Below, piece by piece: positions 36,713 through 50,089 of a stretch of 64,000 bases of DNA. A model generated the notes under the pieces. The model was given only the letters and a program-made list of their open reading frames with translations, did no database searches and was not told the DNA's origin. Each line of letters opens with the position of its first letter. The stretch's first letter is position 1. A program made the position numbers and the translations under genes. The stretch comes from Podarcis erhardii (taxonomy: Eukaryota): NCBI GenBank assembly GCA_964252035.1, contig OZ176201.1; one strand, written 5' to 3'.

Positions 36713-37582
36713 GTAATGCTACCCCCAGCCCCATTATTGCAGCTGTGCATAACTAGGGTCCTTACTTCTGCCCCACTCTTGGTATAATTGGATGATTCTC
36801 ACCCCCCACTCACACCTTTCTGCTGACTCCTAGCCTTCATTGCCAGTACAGCATGGAAGAGAAATCAGATGGAGTAGAAGGAACTAGTTTTCTACTCACA
36901 AATGTGGTCTTCACAACCTATCTTTGTTTGGTGTTAAATGAGCTGCACTGAAAAACCCCCCACACAATCTATACATTTGTTTGGAAGGAGAGACTTGGCA
37001 GTCTCTACAGCAGAAGCACTGCCAAATTCTGGTAGTTTTTCCAATATTACAGGGAGAGGAAAACTATATTCTAGGAAGAGGCATGAAGCCATAGAATGAG
37101 AAACAGGAGATCCTCGTTATAATTCTTCTCTCTTACAATACTTACGAGTTGACTCCAGCCTTGCTGGTCTGCTCCCTTCAACTTAAAATTGTCTTGAGCA
37201 CACTTGTCACATATTCCTGGATCCGTTGAGTGGTGTTTCTTTTCATTAAGCTAAGAAATCCTTACACTAATGGTGTGCTACAGTAGGCTTCACACCTTGT
37301 TCCTGCAAGACTGTAGAGAGGAGTAAAATTGACTGTGTTACAGTGGAAAAGGCAGGGAAAGTGATGCAAATGTTAGCAAATATTCTCTCTCCTATTGAGC
37401 ATTTTGTCACCCATTGGTCACTTCTGTTCAACTAAGGATAGTTTGAGGCTGCTTTTGGACCACTTTTTAAGCTGCATAGTGTGGATTGAGATGTTGCTCC
37501 TTTTGCCCCCTGATCTAGAGAACAGAACAGAATAAAAAGATGTCTCTCCTTGTGGGTTAGAAGGCTGAGAGTCTGCTGGTAA

Positions 37583-37801
<219 letters not shown>

Positions 37802-38426
37802 TGACAGCCTTGTTCTATGCACTGGGTGCTCATTATTTTTCCTCCTGGAAGAGCCCCGTGCAGTCTGGGTTGCAAAGAATGTGGAACACATCCCGCTTTT
37901 TAATCTTTTCGCTCTCTCCCACCAATTCCCAAATCCAGATCCTGCTGTTGGGAAATCTGTTCTCTGCCAGCAGCTGCTCAATACGCATCCAGTGTCCATG
38001 CACCAAACCAACCTTGTAAATACACCCACAAAGGTTGTTAGCCTGAAAAGAAAGTTTACTAGCCTGCTGGGGGTTGGCAGAGGAGAACCACTCCCTCCTG
38101 CAGCAGCTTCCCTGGCAGTCCGTTTAGTTTCTCTATTGGGCATAAAAGAGGGATGGATGGAACACTCCATCCTTCCTCTGCTAGAATTGAACACTTACCT
38201 GCCTGCAGTTCCTTATCACTTTGCACATGGCTTGTGCATAAATACAAGGTCACGCCAGACTATATTATGCATGCTATTAATGCAATTTTTATGTGATTAA
38301 TTAGCATGTTTGTAATCTCTCTGTTTGAGGCAGCATCAGAGTAGGAAATCTTGGCGGACCGAAGGAAAGAAATCCAGATTTTGGGATTTGGAGTGGATGA
38401 TGATTTTTTTGGATCTTAGTGTTTGG

Positions 38427-38502
38427 TGTTCTGCAGGAGGGACTTCAAAGATCTAGAAGGCATATATGCCTTCTAGATCTTTGAAGTCCCTCCTGCAGAA
38501 CA
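38427..38502. repeat. Perfect 76-bp palindrome without spacer
   Basis: tgttctgcaggagggacttcaaagatctagaaggcata followed immediately by its exact reverse complement (38/38). Confidence 0.97.
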
Positions 38503-41271
38503 TTATATATATAATTATATATATAATCTGAATGAATTATATATATAATCTGAATGAATGAGAGAAACCATTCCAATTCATATAAAAACCTTTCTGTGGG
38601 CCCTTTGTTCCCCATTTCTGATTCCTTCATGAGTTCATCTGTAACAAAGCTCTTAATGCTGCTCTTGGGTGTCAGGTGATCTAATTGCACAGGGTTCAGA
38701 GGGATGTACAAATTCCAGTGGTTTCTGTTGCATTATAGAGCTTGTGTCTGGATGGTATAGTTGCAACTGGAGTGCATGGATCAGTGCTCTCTTTCTCTGC
38801 TCTCCTGTGATCCCTTTTCATGACTAGACTTCACTGAGCTCTCTTTTCCACCATTTCACAAATGGTGTTCATCATAATGAGCTAGCAACATGCCAGCTTT
38901 TCCTTAGCGCTTACTGCTGTTACTTCCACTAAACACTTAGCACCTTTGCTAGTGAACATGCAAGGGCATGTTTCGCCTGTGTGCCACTGTTCTTGAAAAT
39001 ATCATTTTTACCCTTCAGCTGGGCCTCTCTCTTTCTTTTGGTGGAGGTAAAGTAAGCCCATGATCGTGTATTTTGGATTGTTCTGAATACCACCATTTGG
39101 TAGCCAAGCCCAAACCCCAAACCAAAAGTTCTGTTGGGATGCATTTTGGCTTGCCTGCTGATGAAACTCAGTGTGTGATGATTGATAATATTGTCATTTA
39201 TCCATTTTAGATCCCTAAGTAGTAGCAGTTTCCAGGGCATTGTCCTGTCCACCTCTGTTTAGTTCCATCCTTATTTCAGACATTGTGGTACAGTAGATTG
39301 CAATGTTTAGCTGGTGATATTGTGAGGTTTAGCTGCTGATAACAATTGCAGTGTTTCGCTGGTGAGTTATCATGATGTTGAAAATCAGATATCGCCTAGC
39401 CCTTACACACATTGTGATTTGCGATACGTTGCCAGCTCAAATATTATGAAACTATTATCACAATGTGAACATCAAACCGGTGTTGGATACTGATATATCG
39501 CCCAGCTCCATAACACTCCCTGCCTGGTGCCCCGTCCTCATATTTTGGATGCCTCCAACTAACTGTCACAATTACTTGCTAATTTATTTCCATTGACTTT
39601 AGAAGGGGAGAGATTTTTTTAAAAAACAACAACAAACCCTTGAGGAATTCAATTTCTGTGACTTCTGGTGTGAACTGACTTCCTGGACTTATGTGCCGAC
39701 AGGGGCGTAAAATGTCCTCTGGATTTCACACTTGTCTGAATTTTGTGATGTAGTTCTTGATTCAAGAAATGGACTGAAGTGCGGTTGAAAATATGTATGT
39801 TGGGATAAAATGCATTTATAAATGCATACATTGAGATAGAATATATGTCTAAATATGTACTTCGATATAAAATGCACATTTGAATTTTCATTAAAAAAAA
39901 AACAGATTAAAGTAGAAGCAGGACAAAATGGACTCATGAATGGGTTAAGCAGGATTAGTTGCACATTAGACTGCGGCACAGCAATTCTGACTCACTCAGG
40001 GGCTCAGTGTGGCCTTGGGTGTTTGAAAGGGACCCAAAATGTTTCTTACTCCAGGCACCTCATCCATCAGGGAATGCACTTTGCATCCCATCTGTTATTA
40101 CAACGCTTTGTGAATGAGACATCAAACTTGCTGCCTGCTCAGCAACATACCAGCCTGTTCCTGCATCCCATCAAATCCCTTTGCAATGCTTTGAACAGGC
40201 AGCTTGAGACTTGACCCTGCACTGCTCGGCCATTGTCCTTCTCTACTTAGGCATTTGCTTCCCTCTGATGGCTGCAGTCAGTGCTACCTAGAAGATGCTT
40301 GGGATGTGGGTAGCTAGGCAGGAGTAACCATTACCTTGAGTGTACGGAGTGGCAGAGAGCCCCCCCCCCCCGGTTGCTTGTTCAACAATCAGTGAACTAC
40401 CCAATGTGGCAATTGTACCTTTCTTATTAATATTAAATTTTCTGCAGCTCAGAAGTTGGCAGCTATTCGCTTACCTCAGGATTACAAGGTGGTAGCAGTG
40501 GGCACCAGCTTGAAATACTTAACGCCTTGGTAACATTCTCAGCGCAAGCAACTTGCTATTAAACCGTTTTCAGGGGTAGCAGGCAATGGGCAAAACGTTC
40601 CCCTACCTGGCTGTTCCTGGAAGACCTCATCTATGCTGGATTCTCTGTATATGCTGGCAGAGAACCACGTCTAAGAATCTCTTCTCATTTGACATTTTAT
40701 ACTTGCGTTCTGATACCTGAATATGAGAGGCATACTGTTTGCCTTGGTTCTGAATGGTGCATGTTGTAAAATTAATTTATTGAAAAGCAGTTTGAATTGC
40801 CATTTGCTGTAACGCTGTTGAGAGCTTGCACAGGCCATGTGCCCTCTGAACCCCTGTGTAGGGATTGGGTCTTGCAGCTTGAGGGAACTGCTTCCTTGGC
40901 AGCTTTTCTCAGCATGGTCCATGGGCACCTTTGGGAGGATGGAAGGGATATAAATTCAGAAAATAAGAATGTCCTCTCCTGACTTTTTTCATCCTGTTAT
41001 GCCCAACAGCCAACAGTGCTTTGGGATCTTTGCCATTCCCTTAATAATTACTATGTCAATAACCCACTGCTCAGTTCTTTCACCTTCATCACACTCCCAA
41101 AAAGGAGGAATCCCAAAATACCTAATTTCAGAAACTACCCAAGTCCCTTATTTCATTATTATTGATGTTGGAAAGCAATTCCCCATCTCTAGCAAGTGGA
41201 TGGGAATATAAAAGTTCTTTTTGGCAGGAAGGTGTGAGCTAATATATATATATATATTCTCTCTCTCTCAG

Positions 41272-41506
41272 ATCAAGGCTGGGGGCTTTGAATTCTCCCC
41301 AGGGATGCTGCAGATCTATTCAGACAACCTGTTGACCCTGCCAGCCATTATTGGAATTGGTGGGGGCGGGGGTCTTCTCTTACTCATCATCATCATCGTC
41401 CTCATTGCATACAAGCGGAAATCCCGAGATGCTGACCGCACCCTCAAACGTCTACAGCTGCAGATGGACAACTTGGAATCCCGCGTGGCCTTGGAGTGCA
41501 AGGAAG
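41272..41506 (+). CDS. PLXNA1: PLXNA1 exon: transmembrane helix and juxtamembrane coiled coil ([11 protein letters not shown]...VALECKE)
   Basis: ctctctcag|ATC; AAG|gtgtga; 235 nt, phase 0/1; Gly-rich TM segment followed by YKRKSR. Confidence 0.97.
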
Positions 41507-41702
41507 GTGTGAATGATGGGCCCGGGGTTTTTCCTTTTCTTTTTCACGGCTCTGCTACTTATCAGTCTGTTACTTCCCATTTAATTCCACCCCTTGAGAG
41601 AGAGTTTTTTCCTGATTTTTGGGGCCACACCAGTTTCTAAAGTCCTTCATTTACTCCATATACATTTTTAAACAACGATAACAGCAATGCCATTGTTTAA
41701 AG

Positions 41703-41820
41703 CAGTGTTTCTCAAACTTGGGTCTCCAAGTTGGACTACAGCTCCCACAATTCCTGATCACTAGTCTGGCTAGCTAGGGATGATGGGAGTTGTAGTCCAA
41801 CAACAGATGGAGAAACACTG
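41703..41820. mobile_element. hAT (Charlie-like) MITE with internal palindrome
   Basis: 11-bp TIR cagtgtttctc / gagaaacactg; 8-bp TSD gtttaaag / gtttaagg (7/8); internal ggactacagctccca...tgggagttgtagtcc. Decayed relatives near 8141-8243, 22365-22475, 25960-26070, 36145-36262, 51505-51600 and 53362-53486. Confidence 0.8.
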
Positions 41821-44810
41821 GTTTAAGGAAAAAGAGGGGGGGGGGGTCTTACCATGAAATGCAACAAGCTTTGCCACCATTTCGGGCAATTAGGAAAACA
41901 GGTGGAGATGAACCTTCCCTGTACCCTCTACTTCCTTCCCCCTAGTCTCTCCCCACATGGCTTTTTCCTCCAACTGAGGTCACTTCCAGTATCTGAACTT
42001 GGCAAAGGAGAAAAGCAGCTGGGTGGGAGGCAGACTGTGGGAGAGAGGTGGAAGTGGGTGTCAGTACCCCCCCCATTGGTGTACTCCTTTTGCTCCGAAA
42101 CAAAACAAAACAACCCTATCATGCCACATAATGTATGATTGGCACATCTGAGTTTGAAGAAAGAGACCCACTGGTTTCACAGGTAGTTTGACTGTCCCAT
42201 TATATTCCTCCGCTAGTGGGAACCATCCAATTCGTTTCTGTAATCTAGGTGATTGGGAGGCTCACCAAAACTCACTCCCTTATGGCAATGTTATATTTGC
42301 AAGCTGTTACTATGTGGAACAATCCAGTTGGATGGAGCATCTCCTTGCCAGCACCATATAGTCCCAGCTGGCACTGGCAATGAAGCAATGCATAGATTGA
42401 AACCTCCATGTTGAACATTCTGTACAATAGAAAGCCTCTGTTGGAGACTTTCAGAAAATGGCTTTGAAGACACATGGTCCATTTTCTGTTGCTTGAAGCT
42501 GCAGAGGTTTGGCTCTGTCAGATGCCTGGATAGGAGGCCACCTGGGAACCACGTAAGCCTCTCTAAGCTTTTTGGAGGAATTAACTGTGAAATAACAACC
42601 AACATACAATTGGGCAGATCCATATGATTGCAACTTGGGTTGACTTCACCCCCATGTGGAGCACTGTTGTAGAAGTTCCCTTCCTGCCAGCAGCCTCCCA
42701 CTTGGTTGAACCTTGCCTGAGAATGCGTACTAAGCAATTAGTTTCATCTCTAAGCTTTAATGAGATGGGACCTGCCCTGCTCATAAAGTATCCTAATTAC
42801 CTACGAAGTGGTATCATTAACCAACAATCACAAAAATCCTTGCTATGTTTGCAAGATGTTGGAGAAAATTGCCCACTTACCAGTGCTTTGTTCGTGCTGC
42901 CTTCCCTGCCCAAAATACGAAAACCTGGCACATAGATTTCTTTAGCCAGTGTGGTGTATGGATGTGCTAAATTAGGATCAGGAAGGCACACGTTCAGAGA
43001 TCTTGCTTACCCATATAAATCACCAAGTGACCTTGGGTCAGTTATTACCTCTCTGGTGAACTTACAAGATTGTAAAAGGGGTGTGGGGGAAACTTTGTTT
43101 ATCACCCCAAACTCCTTGGAGGAACAGCAGGACAGCATGTAGGTAATAACAATAATTATAATAGAACTAGAATCTGACCACTATTGATTTCACCATCATT
43201 AATGCCCTCCTCTGGGTTGTCGTTGTAATATCGCAGGTTAGTGTGCTTGGATGCCACTGTCCTTTGGAGTGAAGGTCAGATTTGGCCAGTACTGGCCAAC
43301 CTTTTTGCCACTCCCCCATCTAAGCAGTATATTTGAGTATGGGAAGGAACCCTATCTGAGCAAGTTGGCTGTGGTTTTGATTGAAGCACAATAGGTTTTA
43401 TGCTCCGCTTAGCGTGTCCATGGCTCACTCTGACGCTAAGGCTGTGCCTCCATCTCTGGTGCTTCTGCAAAACTGGTTCCTTATTCATGGGTTGTCCTTT
43501 TGGGGAGAGATGGAGGGGTCAAGTGAAGCAGTTTTATTGGAGGTGGTATATTTTTATTTGGCGCAGTTTGAAGGAAGTTAGCGAGGTTTCAAGAAGAAAA
43601 GTTTTAAAGGCAGAGAGAAGCCTGCCTGCAAAAGGCTGTGGGTCTCTCATTACATGACAGACAGATGCTGAGAAATTGGACAGAATGCTGCTTCTGATCC
43701 TGCTGATAAAACCTAATTGCCCATTATCGCCACAAGCCAGTGCCTGGGGCTGTGACCCTGCCAACTCCAAGTTGGCCCAGAGGCTGCGACAGAAGCAGGC
43801 ACCTAAAATGAGATAATAAAAAAAGAGGAAAGGGGGGGGGATAGCCCTGTAGATAGAAATAGTGACAGAGAGGATTGTAGAGGGAGGGGGGAGCATGTGG
43901 AGGAGATTTCGCCTTGTCTTCCACAGCTGGCAGATAAAAGGATCTGCTTTTAATTAAAAGCTGCAATATCTTCTCTGCCTTTTCTCTTTTCTAGTCCCAC
44001 TAGTTACAGATAAGATAGTGTGCCTTTCAAGCTGACAGTTTGTTTTTTCTCATCAAACTGATCAGCCTACAGCCCTCTGCCGCTTCTAGCTTCCTTTTTA
44101 AAGTGCCATTAATTTGATTTCTCTCCCCCCCCCTCCCACCCCCACCCCCTATAAGCTCTCACTTGTACAGCACTGGAACCTATGCACAAACAACCTGCTT
44201 CCTCTTGTAGGTGCCATTAAAGGAGCAGGATGCCATTTCTCCTCTGGCATGCTCCTCCCAGCAAAACCAACAGCTATAGGACTTGTGAGATGTGAAATCA
44301 GAACACAGTGAGGACATTCCTGTGACATAGAACTGTTTCCTCTAGCCCAAGGCTTCCTTTAAAAAAAAAAAAATCTGCCAGCATTTTGCCATTTTCCATC
44401 TCTTTTATGTGTTCAGCCACAAAGGCAGTCTTATGCCGAAATGCCAGCCTCCAGGCCTTGTACCTGCCTGCCACCTATGCTTCAGTATCATGGAACTGGA
44501 CTAGAGGGTACAAGAGAGATCCCTTCTGGTTTCTTTGCTGTAAATTGGGTCTTGGCTCTCTTCTCTGCTGTCGCTTTGTAACTTTGGAGGAAGCCTTTGT
44601 ATCTTTGTGCTGCGTTTTTTCTTCTGTCTCTTTAGTGGGGCAAGAAGCTTCCGATGTAATGTTTGTTTAATTTTCTTTTCCTTAAATAAAGTTGGGGGTA
44701 TTATGTCAACAAGCCATGGCCTTTTAACACTAGACTATATTGGCCAGGATTAGGCCTGCAGGCTATTCCCTGGCCAGTTGGGAGCTGATGCATATAGGCT
44801 TCTTGTTTAA

Positions 44811-44978
<168 letters not shown>

Positions 44979-46601
44979 TAATGTGTGTATGTGTGTCTGC
45001 TTGGATACCATTTCAGCTTGGCTTACATTTGCCTTCCTGAGCTTTGTGAGTTTACGCCTGTGGGGAGGAGGGATTCTTGCTGCTGCAGTTTCTCTCAGTC
45101 TCCTCTCCTGCTTTCACAAGGAACTGTAGTGTCTGGGGTCTGGGTTTATTGGTGGCTCAGGCTATACCGATGACCTTAAAGCAAGACAGCTTCACCACTT
45201 CCCACCACCCACAGGATTTGATTCTCTTTAGAGAGGGCACATTGAAGATTCTGCTGCTTATATAAGCTTAGGGGGTTGTTTGTTTTGACCTCAAGTGTGT
45301 CTTGGAGAGTTTTTCGGCAGGATAACTGTGCTGTTGTGTCCATCATTAACTGTTCATGGTGTAGTTTTATTTGACTAAAAAGTGAACAACCACTGAAAAT
45401 GTGAGGGAGACTTATCTGAGATAGTTCCCCTAATGCTGGCTCATAGGACCCTTTTTTCAGAGTGGGGGGGGGGGAATTTCCAAACTGCTAGGAGCTAGGT
45501 TTAAAGAGAATAATGGGGAAACATTGATTCATGGGTGCGATGCACATTAGGGAGTCAGACTGACTGGGAGATCCAGGAATAAAAATAATATTCTATTGAG
45601 CTTTCCCCAGTTGTTGCCATTTCTTATAGCACGCTGAACAAAAGAACAAGTTTGAAATTCTCATTTCATTCATTCTCACAGCAACCTTACGAAGTAAGTC
45701 ACTGTCATCCCAGTTTTACAAAATGGGAATTGAGCCTGACCAAGGCCACCTGGCTGCAGCAAGATTAGAGCATTCATCTCCAGCAACCATAACTGAACCA
45801 GCTACACTGGTGCAATCCTACTATTGCTGCTGGTCCTCTTTCACTAAATTCTAGAGCAAGGAGACATCAGTTCTGCTCATTTTTCCTTTAGTTGCCCTGA
45901 GAATAACTGAAGTATTGTGCCTGTGCCTGAGCATTGCAGTTGCAGAAAGATGTTGCTTGACAGCAAGTAAGAGATAGACGGTGTTGCTGTTGTTCTTTAG
46001 GTTGTTATGGATAGGTTAAATGGGGCAAGAGCAGAGTGAGCCGTATGTAATATGGCTAAGCACTGAAGATAGACAGCAAAGTTGTGGCCAGAGGCAGATC
46101 CGAGTAGATAGGATTTTTCAATGAGTAGGAGCAGAATGAAACCGAATAAAAGCAAATAAGAGCAGAGACATTTTCCTGACAGCAAAATCTATCAGGGTGT
46201 GGGAAAGTCTCTTGATTGAATTGATGGCATCGCTGTCGTTTGGCACGCTGAAAAATAGACTGGGCAAATTGTTTGGAAATATCTGTACAGCACTGGGCTG
46301 TTCTGTACTGCACAGCGGGGCGTTGCTGCTTTGTGCCATTTTCATTTCAGTGCTTCTGCTTATATGACATGAACTGCACTGCTGCTTCGGATCTCCTTTG
46401 CAAGCTCACTGTGCTGGTCTTTACTACCTATGCGGTCTTGGAATGAGCCTGTGCTTTGCATGTGGATTATTTTGTGTGTGTGTGCAAAATATCTCAGAAA
46501 TAGCTTCAGCTTCTTGAGAGCCAATGACCCGGTCCCTTGCCTTTGGTGTTGCTCTGTCTTGAGGCCCTCACTGACAGGTCCATCCTTTCTTTGCAGACAA
46601 A

Positions 46602-46643
<42 letters not shown>
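46602..46643. repeat. (TG)n microsatellite
   Basis: Directly visible. Confidence 0.95.
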
Positions 46644-46645
<2 letters not shown>

Positions 46646-46914
46646 TACATCTTTAACCAAATACTCTCTCACTCTATGGAGAACTTTTTCTGAGAGGCAC
46701 AGTTTGTGTTTATCTTCAGTGCTCTGCACACTTGGTTGGATCTTCACATATTGATTGATTGCATGTGTACTTCCCCTTTGATGTGATTTAAGAACACACA
46801 CGTGGACCAGAGGGGCTACCACTATAACTGAGATAGATGGCTGTAGTTCTGAGGTGTTGTCTCCGTAGAAGGAAAACGTACAATGGTGCTGCCATCTCTG
46901 TAACGTTGAAGGTC

Positions 46915-47295
46915 AATGAAGGTCTAGTATCTCATAATGCTGAAACCTGTGGCCATATTGAGCAGCTGGGTAGTGGGAGATTCAAGATAGCATATGTGAT
47001 GTGAACAAATACTTTATCTATCAGAAGATTTGATGGCCACCGACTTAGATTGCATTAAGGGGGTACTAGGCAGATTTGTGGGGCAGGGAGGTAAGGTAGT
47101 TGATGGCTGCTGGTTGTGCTTGCTCTATGCTGCCTCCAAGATCAGAAGCAGTATGCCTCTGAATGCCAGTTGCTGCCGAATAATAGTGGGAGAGGACTAT
47201 TGCCATTATATGCTGCTTGTGGGCCTCCCACAGGCATCTGGCTGGGCACTGGGGGGGGAATCAGGATGCTGGAGTAGATAGGCTTTTGATCTGAT
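46915..47295 (+). mobile_element. CR1 LINE 3' fragment, decayed
   Basis: MATDLDCIKGVLGRF resembles the CR1 ORF2 end (compare 25338-25466), followed by 3' UTR motifs tgcttgtgggcctcccacaggcatctggct and caggatgctggagtagat. Confidence 0.6.
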
Positions 47296-50030
47296 CTCTC
47301 AAGTCCTTAATAAAAGGGCCAACATGCTGGCAAGGCATACATTTCCACATGCTGGTCGGAATGATTTTTGGGTCACTGCTGCATGGCTACCATGCTCACT
47401 GACATTAATATCAATATTTATATTAATATCACTGCTACTGTCATTTTCTGCAGCACTTGGTTTATTCAATTGGGCTTGTTTGATGCATGACCAGCCGCAC
47501 ATTTCCAAGAGACTTGTCTGACATCATCAGATTCCCTGGCTCCATTTCCCCCAGTGTGGCCTCTCCCTTTCCTTCCCCCCATACCGACTCCCCCTCCCTT
47601 CGCCAGCCCTTACACTGTCCGCTTAATTTAGTACAAGCAATTGTGCAAAAATTGGCTTTACGTTTTCCTGTATAACAAGGATGTTTTTGATTGGAGAAGT
47701 GAGGGGTGGCCTTAACTTCCCCTCACTGCTGACCTCACAGAGTAATTAATGTTGATGCAGGATTTGTAACATATTTGGGAGAAGTAATCAGCTCCAGAAC
47801 ACGATGCAGTTATTAATTACAGAGAATCAAGCGTTTGTCAGTGCAAGTGCCCAGGTTGCTCACTGTAGCTGAGCACAGTCCTGTGCTTCTGTGATCTAGT
47901 CTTACCCCAGTTGTGGGCCTGCCATCAGGTCTTCTTGCAGTGGTCCTCCAGCACAAGGAAGGTGTTGCTTTGAGTAAAGAGGAAGGGCCTCCGTTGCGAG
48001 GATTTCACATTGAAAATAGCAGACCATTTACAAAATCAATCTATCTGAAATAAATATGGATTGCCTCTTCATTCAGTTCTTATAGATTAAAGTTCTCATT
48101 AAACCTTTTGGGACACATTTCCATTGCTCTGTTGCTTCTGGTGTTTGTGGCCTTTGTCTTGCTCATTCAGCAGGGATTAATGGAGTTGAATAGGCTTTAT
48201 CTACGATTTTGTTCAGTTAGTCAAGGTGGACTTCCATTAATTCATCCTGTGTTTATAGGAGCCTTCTCACTAACCAATGTTAATCTGTGGCGTTTAAAAA
48301 ACCACCACACTCTTTAAAATGCTCTTAGGCATGGTGGGGAAAACCTTCTGTTTTGCTACACTTTAATCTGTCCTCCACTCATAATTTATGGTGGAATGTA
48401 CATCAAATATGTGAAGTCAATTCATAATACCCTTCATTTTTGCTTTGGGGGAAAAAAAAGGTTTCTGCCCTTGTAAATAAAGGGATTCCACTTGAAATGT
48501 AAAAACCAGTAACTGTGAATGAGTCCTAGTGATTGTAGTCTGCTATCACCACTGCCCCTAGTTTCCAGTTAGGCTTTCCTACTCGTGTATCCCAGTTGAC
48601 TTTCATCTATCCAAGCATCACCTGCTAATATATCACCACTTACCATTCCAAAAAAACCTGCCCCAACTCAGCTGTTGTTTTTAGACTAAAGCATGTTGCA
48701 GCAAATACTGGCTTTGGGGGGGGGTATGTTCATGACTTTTATTAAGTTGCCTAATTTTTTTTGAGGACAGAATGTGAGTTACCTGGGTGACAGATTTGGG
48801 AGGCACAAGTTTAGAGTCCTGCCGTTATGCCTAGTTGGACTGTGTGAATTGAAAAGCGACGCCGTTAGGTTCAAGGCGTACATGATCTGTGTAAAAATGA
48901 TTGTGTGTAAAGCCCCTTATGAGTTTGAGAAAGCAAAAGGGACAAAAGTAAGTTGTAGTTAATTTCATGGCGTGTGGATTCTGGTTGTGTGTGCATGCTG
49001 GCGATGTGGAGGGGGAGAATAGCAACAGAGTGATGGGCAGTTTTGTAGGTCCATTTCACGTTTTTGCTATATATTAATGCTGGTCAGTAGCAAGTGGTTA
49101 CCTTGGAAAAGTATTGTTTCCCCATCTTAACTTGTACCAGAACGTGTATCCTTTGTGGATTTTCAGATTCTGTCTGCAAGGGTAGCCTGAAATCTAAGCA
49201 TCTGAATCTGAGAGTTCTGCTTCTATCCTCTCTGGAATGTGCTGGAGGTTTTTTGGCCCATCTGGTTTCAAGCTCTTGGCAGTTGCTTTGTTGTGATCAC
49301 ACTCTGCCTGTCATTACCTCTTTAATGATTGGGGGGGAAGAGAGTGAGAGAGGGGGCACACAGCAGCCAGGAGACAGGGATTTTAAATTACTGGTACAAG
49401 GATAAGGTGAAAACAAAACAAATGAACCACAAACCTTCCAAACACTGGCAAACGGGAGACTCTGGAGAACAGTGCACCCATTTTAAGAAGTTCCTTCTGT
49501 TTCCATCTTTCCTCATTATTGGATTTTGGTGTGCTTACTCCATGCATGAATCCCTGTAATCCTGATGAGTAACATTCCCATTATTTAAATTTTTATGATT
49601 AAATCTGGATAAATTGGGATGACTTTAGAGTGTGGAACAGTCCTCTTGGAAAAGGAAATGGGAGCATTGCCCCATAGGCTAGATCTGGCAGAACTTTGAA
49701 ACTGCAGTGCATAATCAGGTATAGAAGTTCAAAGAACTAATTAAACAGAGGACATACAAGGCTTTCCCAGCTGTAATTTTAATTTCAGAGAAACCATATA
49801 TGTTTGGTTGGTAAAATGAAATTACAAGAGGGAAAACCCTGTATTAAATATAACTGGCATGGCTTTTTTTTTTTTTTTAAAAAAGACTGATATGATGTGT
49901 TTGTAATCTTCTTTTTGTTTGTGATCTTAATTAGAATGAGTTTAGTGCTAGGTATTGCAAATGACTAGGAAGGAGTAGGCACTGTGTGCCCCCCCCCAAT
50001 TTCCCTTCCCCACTCCATGTGCACTCATGT

Positions 50031-50089
<59 letters not shown>
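50031..50089 (+). repeat. (AAC)n microsatellite, about 19-20 units
   Basis: Directly visible. Confidence 0.95.

Noticed and set aside
39230-39510. Two gatatcgcc(c/t)agc motifs resembling hAT terminal repeats
   Set aside because: No matching opposite TIR or TSD could be identified; probably a decayed MITE but not supportable.
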